Shown: positions 45,138-61,870, counted from the first letter of the stretch. The stretch is DNA of 64,000 nt from the human T2T-CHM13v2.0 reference genome, Homo sapiens (GCF_009914755.1 NC_060937.1), one strand, 5' to 3'. Notes: generated by a model from the sequence alone, not told the origin. Numbers and translations: made by a program.

Positions 45138-48100
45138 TTTTGGATGAAGGTTGCTGGGATTAAGGAGATTAGAGTGATTATAGGAACAGCTAAAGATGAG
45201 AGGGGCTCAGTGTTATGCAACACAAATTCTAGAAAGTACTTTGGCCTCTTGCTGTAGAGAGCAGATTTCTGTGGTACCCTGTGTTAGTAAAGGGCCCCAG
45301 AAATCTGGGATGTACTCTTTGCTGCCACACTGTCTCATCTAGTACCTTTGGAGTAGATTTACCAGAGAGAGCAAGGAAGCTTCAAAACATTGATAGTTCA
45401 AGATTTTTTTTTTTTTGAGAAGCTCTGATTTTGCTTCTTCCCACTTTCTAAAAGTTTGAGGAATATTTGAAGCTCTGCAAACGGGGGCAAAGATTAATCT
45501 GCCTTGCAGTGTGGGAATTCTGTTGAATGGCAGTGTCATTGAGCAATATATATATAAACCGCAGATTTGCATTTCAGAATATTAGCCAGTACCAGCTTTG
45601 GTAACGTTAGCAGTTCTGGAGCGTAATTTTCTGTAGATAATTTCCTCTAGTGTGTAAATGTGTTGCCCTCTGCCCACCTTGATACATACTCTTTTGCAGG
45701 AATGGGCAACCTGAGAGCTGTTAACTTGTTAACTTTCATGCTACAGAAAGCTGCTTGTCATTCTCTTGCATTGTAATAAGAATTGTTGTCTGTCATTTTG
45801 TACTGTAAATTGCTGGTAAATGCTTTACAATCAACAGTGTTGCTTTAAATTGTGCCCCTCCCAACATGCTTGATGTTTGGCCTGATCTCCAGGCAAAAGG
45901 AGTGAGATGAATGAAAACCAGTAAACTGTTTTTTTTTTTTTTTAAATGTTTTAGTTCCCTTTTAACCCAGTGTACTAGGTCAATGAGGAGGCATTGGGAA
46001 AGGGGTAATAGTAACAATGCTCCTTATTATGAGGGACCAAAAAAGAAAAAAAAATAAGAGTCCAGGCTTTCACCTAGTCCTTAGAGCATCTTTCCATTTA
46101 ACAATTCCTATTAAAGAGTCAAGCACCAAAACTAGACTGCTGCCTCTACAAGACCGTGTCCAGTAGTGGTATCCCAGATAGTTCAGATGCCACTCCTCAT
46201 TAGAGGTTTTACTTCAGTAATATTTTCAATTTTGGTACTTGGTTTAATTTTTTAATTTTTTGGTTTTTTGGGTTTTCTTTAGTAGATGTGGGAGAGAGGG
46301 TGCTTTGCCCCAAAAGGGAGGGTGTCTGCACTAAGAATTTAGAAACACCTTGGAAGCTCATAACCTCATCAGAAACTGCCTTTAGCCACACTCCTGAACT
46401 TCTAGATAAGAAACAAACAATGAAATAAGTTATTGGGAATTAAGCCATGTTATTTTAATTTGCTATTTTTTCAACATTCGAGATATCTCTAAATTTGTTA
46501 TTGTGGAATCATTTTCTTACCAAATACCTTTATCAAAATTATTGGCCTCATGACAGCTGAAATAAGTCAGCTTTTTGGTGAACTTTAGCAGACTTCTGTG
46601 GAATTGTAGTTGTAGTTTATATCTCTAAAGATAGTTTTTTAAAACTTCTAAAGAAAATTTACTCTACTTTCTGATCTAAAAACTCATCTTTCAGGTAAAG
46701 AGTTAAGTGTCCAAAGGTTGTCACAATTCATGGGGTCAGAGGGAGCTAGACTGGCACCTGGACTCTGCCCCTCCACAGCTGATAGATTACAAGAGAAGTG
46801 CATTTAAATTCTCCAGTAGACAATACTGGGCAAGGGAGGGAGTAGGGCTGGGTTATTAAGACACAGGCTGCTGTATTTTAACCATTGGTTGTGGGGGATG
46901 GGGTGCCTGGAGAAAACAGTCACTGTTCCCTTTTTGGAAATAAAGGAAAAAAATTATTTTTTGTTCAGTAAAAATGGTAGAGAATTCCAGTATCTCTAGC
47001 CACAAGGGACCAGTTCTACTAAGAAGTGAAGAGTGGGAACTCAAAATTTCAGAAACATTGGGGAAGGGAAAATTGGCTTTTTGTTAATTGGCAGATGTTC
47101 CATTGGCGCTCAGTTTTTGTTGGGATGTGTTATGTTGTATGTACACATATATGGACCAGAGTCTGCTGAATTTATAAGGTTCAAAAATTATGGTAACATC
47201 TTGATTTTTGTTAATTTATCTCAATAAAAGCCCAATGGAACTCCAAAAAAAGAGAATAAATATAAATAACATTAGATAATAAACCGACAATAAATGGCAC
47301 AGCTTTTTTTAGAGTGAAAATATAAAATATTGTATTTTTATTGGTGAAAAAATAAATAAACCAGTAATTTCAATGTTAGTATGAACCTGATTCAGTAAGG
47401 CCAGAATATTAAAAAAAAAAAAAAAAAACACAAAACAATATCAATGTTATTTTGAACAGAAAGATGTATTAGGGAAATAAATTTAAATGGAATAATGAAG
47501 TTTACAGTAAAGGGCATAATTTATAATGAATTTATGAGTTCTGATTTTTTATAAATTTGAACAGATGGATCAAAAAATTTTCAACAAACATACTATAAAT
47601 TATTGGAATAAACAAATATAACAACAAACTGTCTTTATTAGGTCCATTGAATAATAGAGAACATGATAAAATTTAACCAATATAGTTTAAAACATTGGTT
47701 TTATGTACATGTCTAGTTATATATTTACACATGAACTATATACATATATACATATGACATTTGGCATGTAAAATTATTTTGTATTTGGTTCAACAAGTAC
47801 CAATATTATGACTGCATTATCTGTTCATATTGAAATATGAATGTTTAATAATAAAATGTTAACATCATCTCCTTAAAAAAATGCAACCATGTAAAGATAA
47901 AGGCAATATCCAAAATAATTATTGCATTAATCAAGGGCTTACATATCCAAAAAGCAAACAGAAAGATAGCAAAGCAGTACTTAGAGGAAATTTATATTAT
48001 TTTTTAACAAAATAAGTTAAAAAAAATAAGCACTGAAATACTAAAGCTAAAACATAATAAATAAATATTAGTTCCATAGAAAGAAGGAGATAATACAAAT

Positions 48101-50356
48101 AAAGAGGGACAAATTAACTAAAAACTCAAAAGAGAAAAACAGATTTTTAAATCTAGGGAAATAATATTTTAAAATATTTCAATGGGAAAAATTTCAATAA
48201 GAATGATCAAAGAAAACTAAGAAATGATAAGTGTTGACATTAGAAAGGAAAAATTAATACAGTCAGAAATATATAGTGTATTTAAACATTTAGAAAATAT
48301 TGTCAATATCAGTATGCTAATAATTGTAGTGCCTTTATAATTAAACATATTTTAGAAAAATAGAAATATAGATATGTACCTCCCAAAAATATGAATAACT
48401 AAATGTTTTCAAGAAACTCAAACCTCTCAAAATGTCACACTCTTTTCTGTTATTGTCTCCCAAATACCAAGTTCTGTGTGTGAGAGTTAATATATCTATT
48501 AGAATTTTTATTTGCCTTTGGCTTTTTTTACTCTTTCTCTTTCCGTCATTTAATATTATAACCTATATGCTGCTAGGCTTCTTCTTTTTTGTTATTACTC
48601 ATCTGAAAATCATGGATATTTTTCCTAAATGTATTATCATCTATTCAATGCATTTTGCCTGTTTCTGTAATGTCCCACATTAGTATACATACTAAAAGCA
48701 TTTTATGTTAACTTATATTTTGAAATCTGCTGGAATATGAATTTTCTATACCAGGATATCTTATAAATTTCATCTATCTTGTATATTTTTCTCCTTCTAC
48801 AGTATAATTACACATTCTCAAATATTAAATGTACACAACACTAATGCAGATCAGGAAGAGACGTGATGAATAAGAGTAGAAAGCCTGATGCAAAAAGGTA
48901 TAAATGTAGGTAACCTTTTTAAATTTGTTAAATAAAACATGTGATAGTCCTTATGAATAAAAATCACTATGGTCATCCCTGGAGAATATCATGTAAGCTA
49001 AATAATTCTCTAAGATATAAAAAAGATATGTTTCATAACTTAAATGCTCTCAACAGAGTGATATGAAATAAACCACAAATGCCCACTTACAGGACTTATC
49101 TATTATTCTGGTCCAGAAAGCATGACTTTGATGTGGTGAGAAAGGATGTGGGCAGTCATGCAGCATGTCCCAGACCTCAGGAAGTTTTACTCACTTGTGT
49201 ACTTTTTGTTTTACTGGTAAAGTTTGACTCTGGGAAATTAAAACAAAACAAAACAAAACTACTATTCATACTATTCAAACCCAGTGGCTTACTATAGGCT
49301 TTTCTGGGGGAAGAAAGCCATTTCTAATGAGTATTTCACACAAAAATACTTTCCCCATGTATTCATTCAAATTCTAAGACTGAATTTATGATTAAAATTT
49401 AAAAAAAAAAACGCCAAACCCTGTATGACTTTGGTTCCATATACTTGTGGCAGGATAAATTAAAATTACTAAAATCATTTTATCTTTTTATTTAGAAAAC
49501 ATTTTATTAAGAAATGTTGTTCACGTGTTAAATAAAATTTCAGATTTAGTTTAAAAGAGCGAGATACCCAGGATTTTGAAAATGCTTCACTGATGCGAAC
49601 TGTAAAATAAGACCTCAGCTAGAGTCAGTCATCCGATTGAGACATTTTTCAGAAATATATACATACTATTTTATGGTCATTACATAAGCAGGTTGTTTTA
49701 TCTTCTATTGCAGCTTCATTTTGCCCTAGGGAACCCAGCTGCCAGAAAATGTGTTATGATTACATGCATGTCAAAAAAGATAGTACACACTTCACTAAAA
49801 TGTACTCATTCAAAACATTCATTTGGCAACCTCCAGCTGCTCCATATTTAATACAACCTTGAATTTACCTGCTGTATTGGAAATTGAGAGCAAGATTTAT
49901 TTCAGTGGGAATATACAACTAATTGGATAATACAATTTTCTGTTTATTATTTTAAATTTTAGTAACAAACCACTTTTAGATAGGTTATTTCCTCTAAAAA
50001 GGAATTTACTACAGTCAATTAGAATACTGTGATGTAGCCATAGTGATTTAAAACCATGAATAATTACATTTGGAAAAAACAAGACATATATTGATTCTTT
50101 CAGTAATACTTTACACATGACTAAAAAAATTGTTATGAAAGTATAATGAATTTCCTTTTTATTCATTTTTGTTATTTTGACCAATCATTTGTTCATGAGT
50201 AAGCTCTAGAAAGCTTTTCTTTTTGTCAAGATGCATTCAAATAATTCCAGAAATCATCATCTAGCCATTAAAAATTTATATAATACATCAACAATAAAAT
50301 ATATCTATTCATTTCAAATCTCTTCTTGACGGTTATGCTAAAAAAGTAAAATATAC

Positions 50357-50608
50357 GGCCGGGCGTGTTGGCTCACACTTGTAATCCCAGCACTTTGGGA
50401 GGCCGAGGAGGGCGGATCACCTGAGGTCGGGAGTTTGAGACCAGCCTGACCAACATGGAGAAACCCCGTCTCTATTACAAAAAAAAAAGAAAAAAAAAAT
50501 TTAGCCGGGCACGACGGTGGGCGCCTGTAGTCCCAGCTACTAGGGAGGCTGAGGCAAGAGAATCGCTTGAATCCGAGAGGCGGAGTTAGCAGTGAGCCGA
50601 GATCGCAA
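50357..50608 (+). mobile_element. Alu (AluSp-like), 3' end and tail missing
   Basis: GAGGTCGGGAGTTTGAGACCAGCCTGACCAACATGGAGAAACC diagnostic; stops at GAGATCGCA. Confidence 0.92.
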
Positions 50609-52822
50609 ACTTATTTGCACACTGATTAAGCAATTTATGGTTGCAAATTCTCCCAGAACTTTTAGGTAATTTTTCTACATATTTTTAAATGATCACTCCA
50701 CAGTGGTTTTTTATCAATATTTGTTATCACTATTGGAGAGATCATTTGTCCTTATTCTGCAAAGCTGAATCCTGTATGCCAAATGCCAGCATCCTACACA
50801 TTAATTTAGGCAATTTTAATACACATTTAAAAAAAGAAAATTATATTTACATCAACATTATACATCTTCCACTATTTCATAAAAATATCACATATAAGTA
50901 GAAAACTGTCCAATATTCTTCTCTCTAGAAAAAACTGTGAAAGATCTGGACTAAAAATTCAATATCTAGCCTCCTCATAAGTTAATACATTAGCTGAGGA
51001 AAGATACTACATTGATTTAGCTTGCACTTTCTTTCCTCTGCCAGGCACTTTAGGGATTAACTATTTTATCATTCGGTCTGGGTTTTCCAATTTTTTCTTT
51101 CAATATCATCACACTTCATGGCGATTTGTTGACAGTGGTTTATTCTGAACCACTTTTTGAATTCCCTTTGATTCAACATTTGACTCCCAAGGTTTCTAAT
51201 ACTATTCACCTATCACATACCACTTTGCCCTGATCTGTTCTAATAGGTCCATAAGATAATTTTCAAAGAAATCGGATGTTATTCCCGAAATGGACTTCTG
51301 CCTTTCCTATTTGTGAACAGTTAACACGATTCCACATATAAATTCAAAAGCACATTTGGAAATAATATTCTTTTAATTAGATGTTCTGCTTACATGTATG
51401 CACCTTCCTGAGCTATTAAAACGTAGAAAATCCGAATCTGAGGCAATAGCATGCAAGTAAATGGTAGCAGAATATAAGTGACATAATATAGTCAAGCAAT
51501 GGTCATAGTATAATTTAGCCTAGGTATAGCTTGACATCATTTATTTGAATTTTCTAAGTAATTAAAATATTTATTTATTGCTGGATTATTTCATTAAGGG
51601 CCCATATTACCACAAATAACATTTGTTTAAAGCATACTCTATGTAAATCCTTGATTAAAGATTTAGAGAAAATAGGATGGCTTTTGTATTTCACAAAAGA
51701 TCTGATCTAAAGGGATCATAACACATATTCAGAAACAAGTACAAAATATTACCATTGCCAAAATAAAAGATTTACTGAATTATAGCATGGATTTCTGAGA
51801 TGTCATTCCATGGAGAAATATCTTTGAAGATATAAGTAGAAGCAGGCTCTTTATCAGGGCCATGAAAAATGGATGACATAGAAAATCATATTATGTTATT
51901 GTTTTGATGGGATTTAAAGGTCAGTATGGTTCAAAAGTTCATTTGTTTCCTGACTCTATCCTTTAACATGTCCACCATTGTCCCTTCCATCAATTTATTT
52001 GAAGATATTTATTTGAATGAATCACAACTTCATACCTACTAAGTCAGCCAACTTTAGCTGTAGAGATTTTGTAATAGAATAGTTTGTGTGGAATCTATCT
52101 CTTTGTACACTATATATGTTATTATAAATTTTAATCATGTAATACATACAGAAAGTTTTGAAATGAATGTTTAAATTCTCCAAAGATATACGTTCATGAG
52201 GAGAAAAGAGTTATACACATATACATAAACTTACAAACCAATTTACACAAATGTACAATGTAGATGTGTTGCTGAAATGACATATATACTCCCATAGTAT
52301 TCAGATCATAATTCTTCAGGAACTGTATTACTCACATATTTATAGAGCAAATAAATCCAATCCTTTCATATTTATTTTTAAAATAGATATACAAAATAAT
52401 AGACTCTATTCTGAATGTTGTCAGATTTCAAGATTTTAATATATTCTGAGCCTAGAAGAAAACTGCATATGAGACTATCCACGCATTATTGTTATTTATA
52501 ATAGTTGTGATGTCCATATACTTGACATTTAAGTAGATTTATTGCTTATACTTTTTCCCTAAATATTTTAAACAGGAGTATTTAATAATTTGCTAAAACA
52601 TCATTACTAAGAGTCCCTTAGATGCTATTGAAACTCAAGTCAGTGATTTACTCGGGAGCTCTAACTGGCTCTGATTTTATGAAAGAATCACATTTCTTGA
52701 AAAATTCTTCTTCACAGATAAAACTGATGATATATTTACACTATTGGTTTATTTAGAGAAAACTGAATTTTCACATGAAAATTTATGTAAGAGAATATTA
52801 CATTTAAAATTTATTTTATCTG

Positions 52823-53125
52823 ATTATTTATTTATTTATTTTTTAGACGGAGTCTTACTCAGTCACCCTGGCAGGAGTCCAGTGGTGCGATCTTGGCTCA
52901 CTGCAACCTCCATCTCCGAGGTTCAAGCAATTATCCTGCCTCAGCCTCCAGAGTAGCTGGGATTACAGGCACCCAACAACATGCCCAGCTAATTTTTGTA
53001 TTTGTAGTAGAGACGGGGTTTCACCATGTTGGCCAGGCTGGTCTCGAACTCCTGACCTCAAGCGATCCGCCCACCTAGGCCTCCCAAAGTGCTAGGATTA
53101 CAGCTGTGGGCCACTGTGCCTGGCC
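52823..53125 (-). mobile_element. Alu (AluSx-like)
   Basis: (TTTA)n tail; TSD-like ATCTGATT on both sides. Confidence 0.95.
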
Positions 53126-53186
53126 TCATCTGATTTTCAATACAATATCTGAAAGATAGACAAGTACATTCATTTTTAACAAAACA

Positions 53187-53544
53187 CGGCAAGTCCTCAT
53201 GCATGTCTTTGATAGGTTCTTGGAAACTGTGACTTTAAGCAAACAACGTGTAATGAAATCAGTTTTACCACGAGCTAATTGATTTAAACAAAAGGTAAGT
53301 TCCTATGGCACATTTCTGATCACAAAACATCAACCATTTTCTAAATGAAGACCAAGATAATTATAATATTAAAAATTAAAATACATGTGATTCATGTATG
53401 CACTTAAGAAAGATTAATAAAAACAAGTAAGACAATTATTAACTCCATTATTTCAGTAAGGATCATGGGTGACCAGAGGCTATCCTGGGAATTCAGGGCA
53501 CAGGTGGGAACCAACAGTGGACAGGATGCCATCTCATTGCAGGG

Positions 53545-53575
<31 letters not shown>

Positions 53576-53791
53576 ATTCAGAATGGGACAATGTAGAAAT
53601 GCCAATGAACCTAATGTGCACAGCTTTGGGATATTGAAGGAAACTTCAGTACCCAGGAAAAACCCCACAGACATGGGGAGGACATGCAAACTTCACACTG
53701 ACAGTGGCCCCCGCCAGGAACCATTTTTTTTTTCCTTTCATCAGGTTTATAACAAAAGATGGTGAACAAAATGTTATTTGAAGACCTGCTA
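53187..53791 (-). mobile_element. MER6-like Tigger-family non-autonomous DNA transposon, with (CA)n at ~53545-53572
   Basis: Degenerate TIRs CGGCAAGTCCTC / GAAGACCTGCTA plus TA; internal AAAACCCCACAGACATGGGGAGGACATGCAAACTTCACAC segment. Confidence 0.78.
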
Positions 53792-54722
53792 TATTTATTA
53801 CTTACCTACTCAATAAATAGTATTCTGCTGAACTGGGCTATAAAAATGATTAAACCACAGTCTCTATCTGGGAAGAGTTCAACATAATCGAAAGTATTTA
53901 AAGTGGTTGGGCTGTAGTACAGACTACATAAATTTAGTCTGTATAGTTTGTAAAGTTGAAAAGGCTGAATTTAATATATATTTTGTCTTAAAAAATGTTT
54001 TAGGAAATTACAGTCACACTTGGCTTAAATAACAAGAGAGAGAATTTCCTAGAAGAATGTCACGAATCAATTGCTTATTGAAATTCAGTAGATTTTTAAC
54101 AGCTAGAGATGAAGACTATTTTAAACCCCTATTCTTCTTCACCCTAGATTTAGGAAACATGAGTATAGTAAGCATTTGGCAAAGTCCCCTGATGAAAGTA
54201 GGAGCTCAATATTCATTTGCGTTATGAATAAATGAATTGCACCTGTTTAGGATACTTGGCTCTGTTCACCTAGAAGCAAACAAATAAAAAATAATTGAGA
54301 AAAACATAGTCAGAAATGTTTATATGTCTGAAAAAAAATACTGTGCATACATTTCTAAGTGAAAGTCTTTAAATTAATTAATTTAATGTTACCTATAAAG
54401 GTTAATAAATAAGTCTCTTTCCCAATAGCTATAAGTAATTTAATTTTAACAATTTTCTGTGAGATTTTTTATTGTCTTTAGTAAGCCACATCCATGAAAA
54501 GCATATGATTATATTAAGGAAACTGAAATACTACCCCTTTCACCGCATGATAGCCACATTACACCCATGCTGCAAAACACTTAGAGGACACAAATACGCT
54601 TTGGAAACTTGGTTTGGAAAACTAAACCAAAGAGTGAAAACGTAGGCTACATATTCAATTAATGCTTACAATAATGAGAGCCTTCAAAATAAGTGTTACT
54701 TAAGTATTATTTAAATATTTTA

Positions 54723-55033
<311 letters not shown>

Positions 55034-55042
55034 TATATATAT

Positions 55043-55539
55043 TTGATGATATAACTATGATATCAAAAAAGAATGCTAGTGCAAACATAGGTGTCATATA
55101 TATATATGTATATGTATATATTAGTTTCTTTTCCAGAGGTAAACAAAAAAAGACAACATTTGGAAACTTTATTAGGAAGAATAACGACTGATAACTACTT
55201 AATGTGATGAAATAATGCTGTTCTCAGATGAAAACTTAGATGTACTTTGCAATTTAGTTGCGCTTTGCAAGTTTATATTGGTTATCCCATGAAAAATGTT
55301 AAATAAGTATTGAGGAGGCAGGTTATGATGATACTGAAATGCAGGAAAGAGTTCAGGAACACCTGGGCACTGACTGATCAGTATAGGATGTTGTCAGGGT
55401 TAAACACCTAATCGACAAGAAGATACCGATGTTTGAAGCAGCTCCGTTAAAGGGACTACACAAATTGTTGGTCGAATTTATCCAGATTGATGATATAACT
55501 ATGATATCAAAAAAGAATGCTAGTGCAAACATAGATGTC
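55043..55539 (+). repeat. 53-bp dispersed direct repeat (55043-55095 and 55487-55539)
   Basis: TTGATGATATAACTATGATATCAAAAAAGAATGCTAGTGCAAACATAG(G/A)TGTC, 52/53 identical. Confidence 0.95.
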
Positions 55540-55639
55540 CTAACTTACTGAAGAACTTGGTACATTGATTGCCCAATTACTCTACTTGTAATTCCTAACA
55601 TATATTATGACACTTTATTCTTTTGTAATGTTCCCTCTT

Positions 55640-56173
55640 TTTAATTTTGATTTCTATAGATTAATGAGGTATATGTGCAGGTTTGTTACATGGCTATATT
55701 GCACAGTGGTGAGGTCTGAGCTTTTAGTATACCTATCATCTGAATAGTGAACATTGTATTGAATAGGTAACTCTTCAACCCTCACCTCTCTCTTCCTCTC
55801 CTCTTTTAAACTTCCCGGTGTTGATCACTCCACTCTGTATGTCCATGTCTGCCCATTAATTAGCTCCCACTTATAAGTGAGAACATAAAGTATTTGATTT
55901 CCTGGTTCTAAGTTATTACACTTAAGATAATCGCCTCCAGCTCCATCCTTGTTTTGGCAAAGGACATGATTTAATTCATTTTTATGGCTGCATAGTGTTC
56001 CATGGTGTATATATACCATATTTTCTTTATCCAGTCATCTGTTGATGAGCACTTAGGTTGATTCCATGACTTTGCTATCTTGAATAGTGCTGCAATAAAC
56101 ATACCAGTGCAGTGTCTTTTGATATAACAATTTATTTTCCTTTGGGTAGATACCCAGTAGTGGGATTGCTGGG
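55640..56173 (-). mobile_element. L1 (older L1PA/L1PB) 3' end
   Basis: TGTGCAGGTTTGTTACATG...TAGCTCCCACTTATAAGTGAGAACAT...TACCCAGTAGTGGGATTGCTGG. Confidence 0.88.
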
Positions 56174-56306
56174 TGATACTTCATTCTTGATTTACTGCTG
56201 GCCAGGCACCCAAACCTTCCATAAAACAATCAAACACTCTGCTCTTTCCCACCTTAGAACTTTGCATAAACTGTGTCATTTTCTTTTTTTCCTTTGATTT
56301 TCTTTC

Positions 56307-57369
<1,063 letters not shown>

Positions 57370-57522
57370 TCACTATTGATTTGGTGATTGTTCCAATAAT
57401 AGGCTATATTTTAAATGTTTTATCCTCAAAGGGTTCTTGCTTGAAAACCGTGTTTAAATAGATCATTATATGATTCTATTGCAACATCTGATTAATGTAT
57501 ATTAAATGCTAACATACCATCT

Positions 57523-57923
57523 TGATACATTATAGATCTGTGTTCCCACCCAAATCTCATGTCAATTGTAATCCCCAGTGTTGGAAGTGGGGCCTGGTGG
57601 AAGGTGATTAGATCATGGGGGTGGATTTCCCCCTTGGTGCTGTTCTCATGTTAGTGAGTGAGTTTTCATGAGATCTGGTCATTTAAAAGTGTGTAGCATT
57701 TTCTCCACCCTCTTACTCCTGCTACAGCTATGTAAAAGGTTCCTGTTTCCCTTTCCATCTTACGCCATGATTGTAAGTTTCTCAAGGCTTCCCCAGAAGC
57801 CAAGCAGAAGCCTTGATGCTTCCTGTACTGCCTGCAGAACCGTGAGCCAATTAAACCTCTTTTGTTTATAAATTACCCCATCTCAAGTATTTGTTTGTAG
57901 CAGCATGAGAACAGACTAATACA
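57523..57923 (+). mobile_element. MSTA-like MaLR solo LTR
   Basis: TG...CCCACCCAAATCTCATG...GAACAGACTAATACA; 5-bp TSD CATCT/CATAT (4/5). Confidence 0.88.
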
Positions 57924-59212
57924 CATATATTACACAGTAAATTATCATTGTCATCGCTAAGGTCTATAAAGTTATCACAAATACAGAATTTGTCAACTAA
58001 CTTACTTTGCATGTTTGTATGCCCTCTAGAAACTCTGACTGAGTTCAAATAAAGACAAACCCTAATAATGAAGGTTTTAGAGCTTCCAGACAGTAAATTG
58101 GTGACACTTTTATGGCCAGAAAGCTTTGGGAGAGATTCAAACTCATTCTTCCCATTTCAGTGGTTTCAAAGCTGCTTATTTCTCAGCTACTATTACGGTA
58201 AAGTTGTTGGTTTTCAAGACTATTTTGGATTTGAGAAGAATGATTGGTAATCCAGTAAGTGTAAATATAAAAAAATCACTGCTGTTTCAGAGGTTAAGAC
58301 TCTTTTTTCTTGGTTAAACACCGCTGGATTCTTGCAAGACTTTGCTAATTGTCAGAAATGTGACAAAGTTGATTCCGATAATTTTTGCCGATATTCTCAT
58401 CACTTATAGAGTAATGCAGATTTTTATGATCCTTGCATTTCCATACATAAAGTGTTTTCTTGCTTTCAAAATAAGAAAATCTAATGTACACTTCTAAAAG
58501 ATTTTATTTAACTTGTAAATTAAGAATGGAATCTTGATATGGTAAGTTGGTTCCAAGAACATTGAAGAAAGTTGTACTGTTTATCAGAAAAGTATTCACG
58601 TATATTTGTATACACTTTTTTAATATACAGGAATATTTGAATAAGATTTCTAGGTTAGATACAAATCTTGTTAATCTCCTAAAAGGCAATTAAAAAATAA
58701 AAACGGAGTAACTGATTTTTGGGTAATCTTTTCCTTGGAAGAATTTTAACTTGCAACAAATTAAGTTTGTAACTTGTAACTTAACTGTACTGCACTGTAA
58801 AAAAATAATAAATAGAGGCAAACACATACATGGTCTACTGGAAAATTAAAAATAATTCTTAAATTAGCCTCTTAAACCTCTATATTTTTAGCCTACTATT
58901 TGGTCCCTTTTTCTATTTCTTTCCCTCTGTTTTCTGATTCTGAACAAGAGTTAATTTTCCAGTCTCACTAATAATCTTTAGTAGATTCACACTTACATTA
59001 TGCAACCTAAATTCATTTGGAAGAAGCAATATGCATAAAAAGTATTGGCATTCATACAATAAGATTATATCCTTACTTAATTAAAATCATTTTTAATATA
59101 TTGTAGTAAGTAAAATTTATGACACCATAATGTATGACAAGATTTCCTTATTTATAATTCACTTATAATGTCATTATTATATGAACATTTTTTTAAGTGA
59201 CAAGAGAAATTT

Positions 59213-59541
<329 letters not shown>

Positions 59542-60779
59542 TAAGTGTTTTAAGTGTGGTGATAATGAATTAAATCACTAGTCATTCTGTGCATTTCTAT
59601 TTTACTTGAAATCTACAGTGTAAAAAAGATCTCTGTGATTTTAAACAGTGTATCTTAAATGAAATGTAAGCAACTCAATACTTGTAATAATTGTATTAAA
59701 TCCAGTTTTAAACTCTGATTTGTAGCATAATAAGGTACTAACCAGAAAGTAATCATTTTTGTTTTAAAAATTCTTCAAGTTGTAAAAGGTTTTGCACTAA
59801 AACATAAAATATATAACTAACATTACATGGAAATAATAATTGTAAGATGAATTACCACTAACTGACACATTCAAGTACATTTTATTTATTTTTTCAAAAG
59901 GGTTAATTCTGCTCTTCTCTCTCTGTCCAGATCTAACTGCATCCCCAGGCAGGTATGTTCCTGTATACTGATTAGTTGCCCCAAGGTCTCTATTAAACTT
60001 TGACTATATCTGCAGATATAGTCATTTTACATATAAAGGAATGTAACCTACTTTTCAAAACTTATTCATTCTGATATTAGTGCTGATGGACCACTTTAAA
60101 AAAAAAACTTGTGTAAATCTCTTCAAATGAAGAAACATTTAGCTATCTACTGTTTCAAGGTGTAAACAACAAGCACACTAATGTACATTTACTTGTCATA
60201 AATACCATGTGAACTTGTTGAATCTATACATTTATTTTCCTGTCTAACCTTTTAAAAATAGATCTGAGATTAAATATCATATCTTACATTGTTTGGCATA
60301 TTAGCAGATATAGACATTTTGAAAAATCAGTATCCCAGACACTACTAGGAAGTAGTATGCTCTTATGCATGGAATCTCATGTCTTATGGCTCTTTCCCTG
60401 TTTCAGGTATTATTAATCCAAACTCTAAAAAGTATTCAAGATTTTACCTGTAACATTACATGATCCCAGGAGTGGCATTATAATATACCCTTATTGTGGG
60501 TTTATAATACTTACGGCAACATATGATTGAAACTTCTAAAAAAAATTAATGCTTCAGGATGTTCTTACATTTAAAACTGTACACTAGATAATTTAATAGG
60601 CATAAATTGTTCAGAGGAAAAGATTGATAGATCTTTGGGAAAATAAATAGAGTGAAAATAAAAGTACTATGGAAGAAAAGCCATGTTTCAATTGTGTATT
60701 AGGAACTATAACTCTATCCAACAAAAACTTACAGCAATGAAAAGAAGAGTGTTGAAGAGAAAAAAGTAGAGCAATAAAA

Positions 60780-61870
60780 ATTAATTGAAAATAAAACATA
60801 TGGCACTAGATTAAAGTTGGAGACATTACTATAAACTCATGTTTAGATATATGTTTAGATATATAGGCTATATGTATGTGCATGTGTGTATACACATATG
60901 GCAACACACACACATACACACACACATATAGGCCTAGTGACACACCAATAAGAGCAATCAAATCCTGTGCTCAAACCTCGTGTCTAAATGCCATTTTCTG
61001 ATAAAAAATACCATTCTCTGATCTTCAGGGATACCTAGAGAAACAGTTTATTCTAGAGCTACAGCTCTAGCAAAATGCAAGGAAAAATACAAATTAAGTT
61101 TGGAACATCTTAGAGTGCCAGAAAGTAAGGAAGTGCTCAAAAAATAAATGTTAGAGTCATATAAAACAAACATATAACACCACCACCAACAAAAGGAGGC
61201 AAACTGAAAGAGTTCCCAATGGGAAAAACTGGAACAATTTAAAAAACAAAAATTAATATCTTAATATTAGCTTATAACCAAAGAATAAAATAAATATCCA
61301 TGAGCCATACTGATAAAATATTGTATAATAAATAAATGCTGAAGAAGGGAGAAATCTTTCAAGGAAATGCCAACAAATTTATAATTTACTCAGAGACTCC
61401 CTTGCTAGGAGTCCACTCTCTTGAGTGTACACTGATCTAACTGATTAGGTTTCAAAGAGAAATGGATAAAAAGAGAAATGTATCTCAACAATAGAGAACT
61501 TTAGCAGACACTACCTTATTGAAGTAATTAAAGTTAATAGCTGTATCACCTGACCTGATATAAAGAAAAAATTACTTAATCTCTGTGACATTCATTTGAA
61601 AATCTCATACCCTATAATCATTAGGAAAATATCAGCCAAATTCATGTATAGAGACATCCAGCAAAATACCTGGCAGGTATTCCCCAAAATCCTCAAGGCC
61701 ATGAAAGGCAATGAGAAATGGTCACAGGCCACAGCAGACTAAGGAGGCATGGTGATTAAACACAATTTTGTATACTAAATTAGATCCTGAAATGGAAGAA
61801 TGGAATTACTGGAAAAACTGAAGAAATCTGAATAAAATTTAGAATTTAGTTAATAGTGATGTGTTTTTAT
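60780..61870 (+). mobile_element. L1MC-like 3'UTR fragment
   Basis: GGAACATCTTAGAGTGCCAGAAAGTAAGGAAGTGCTCAAA and AAAACTGAAGAAATCTGAATAAA...TTTAGTTAATAGT motifs. Confidence 0.65.
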
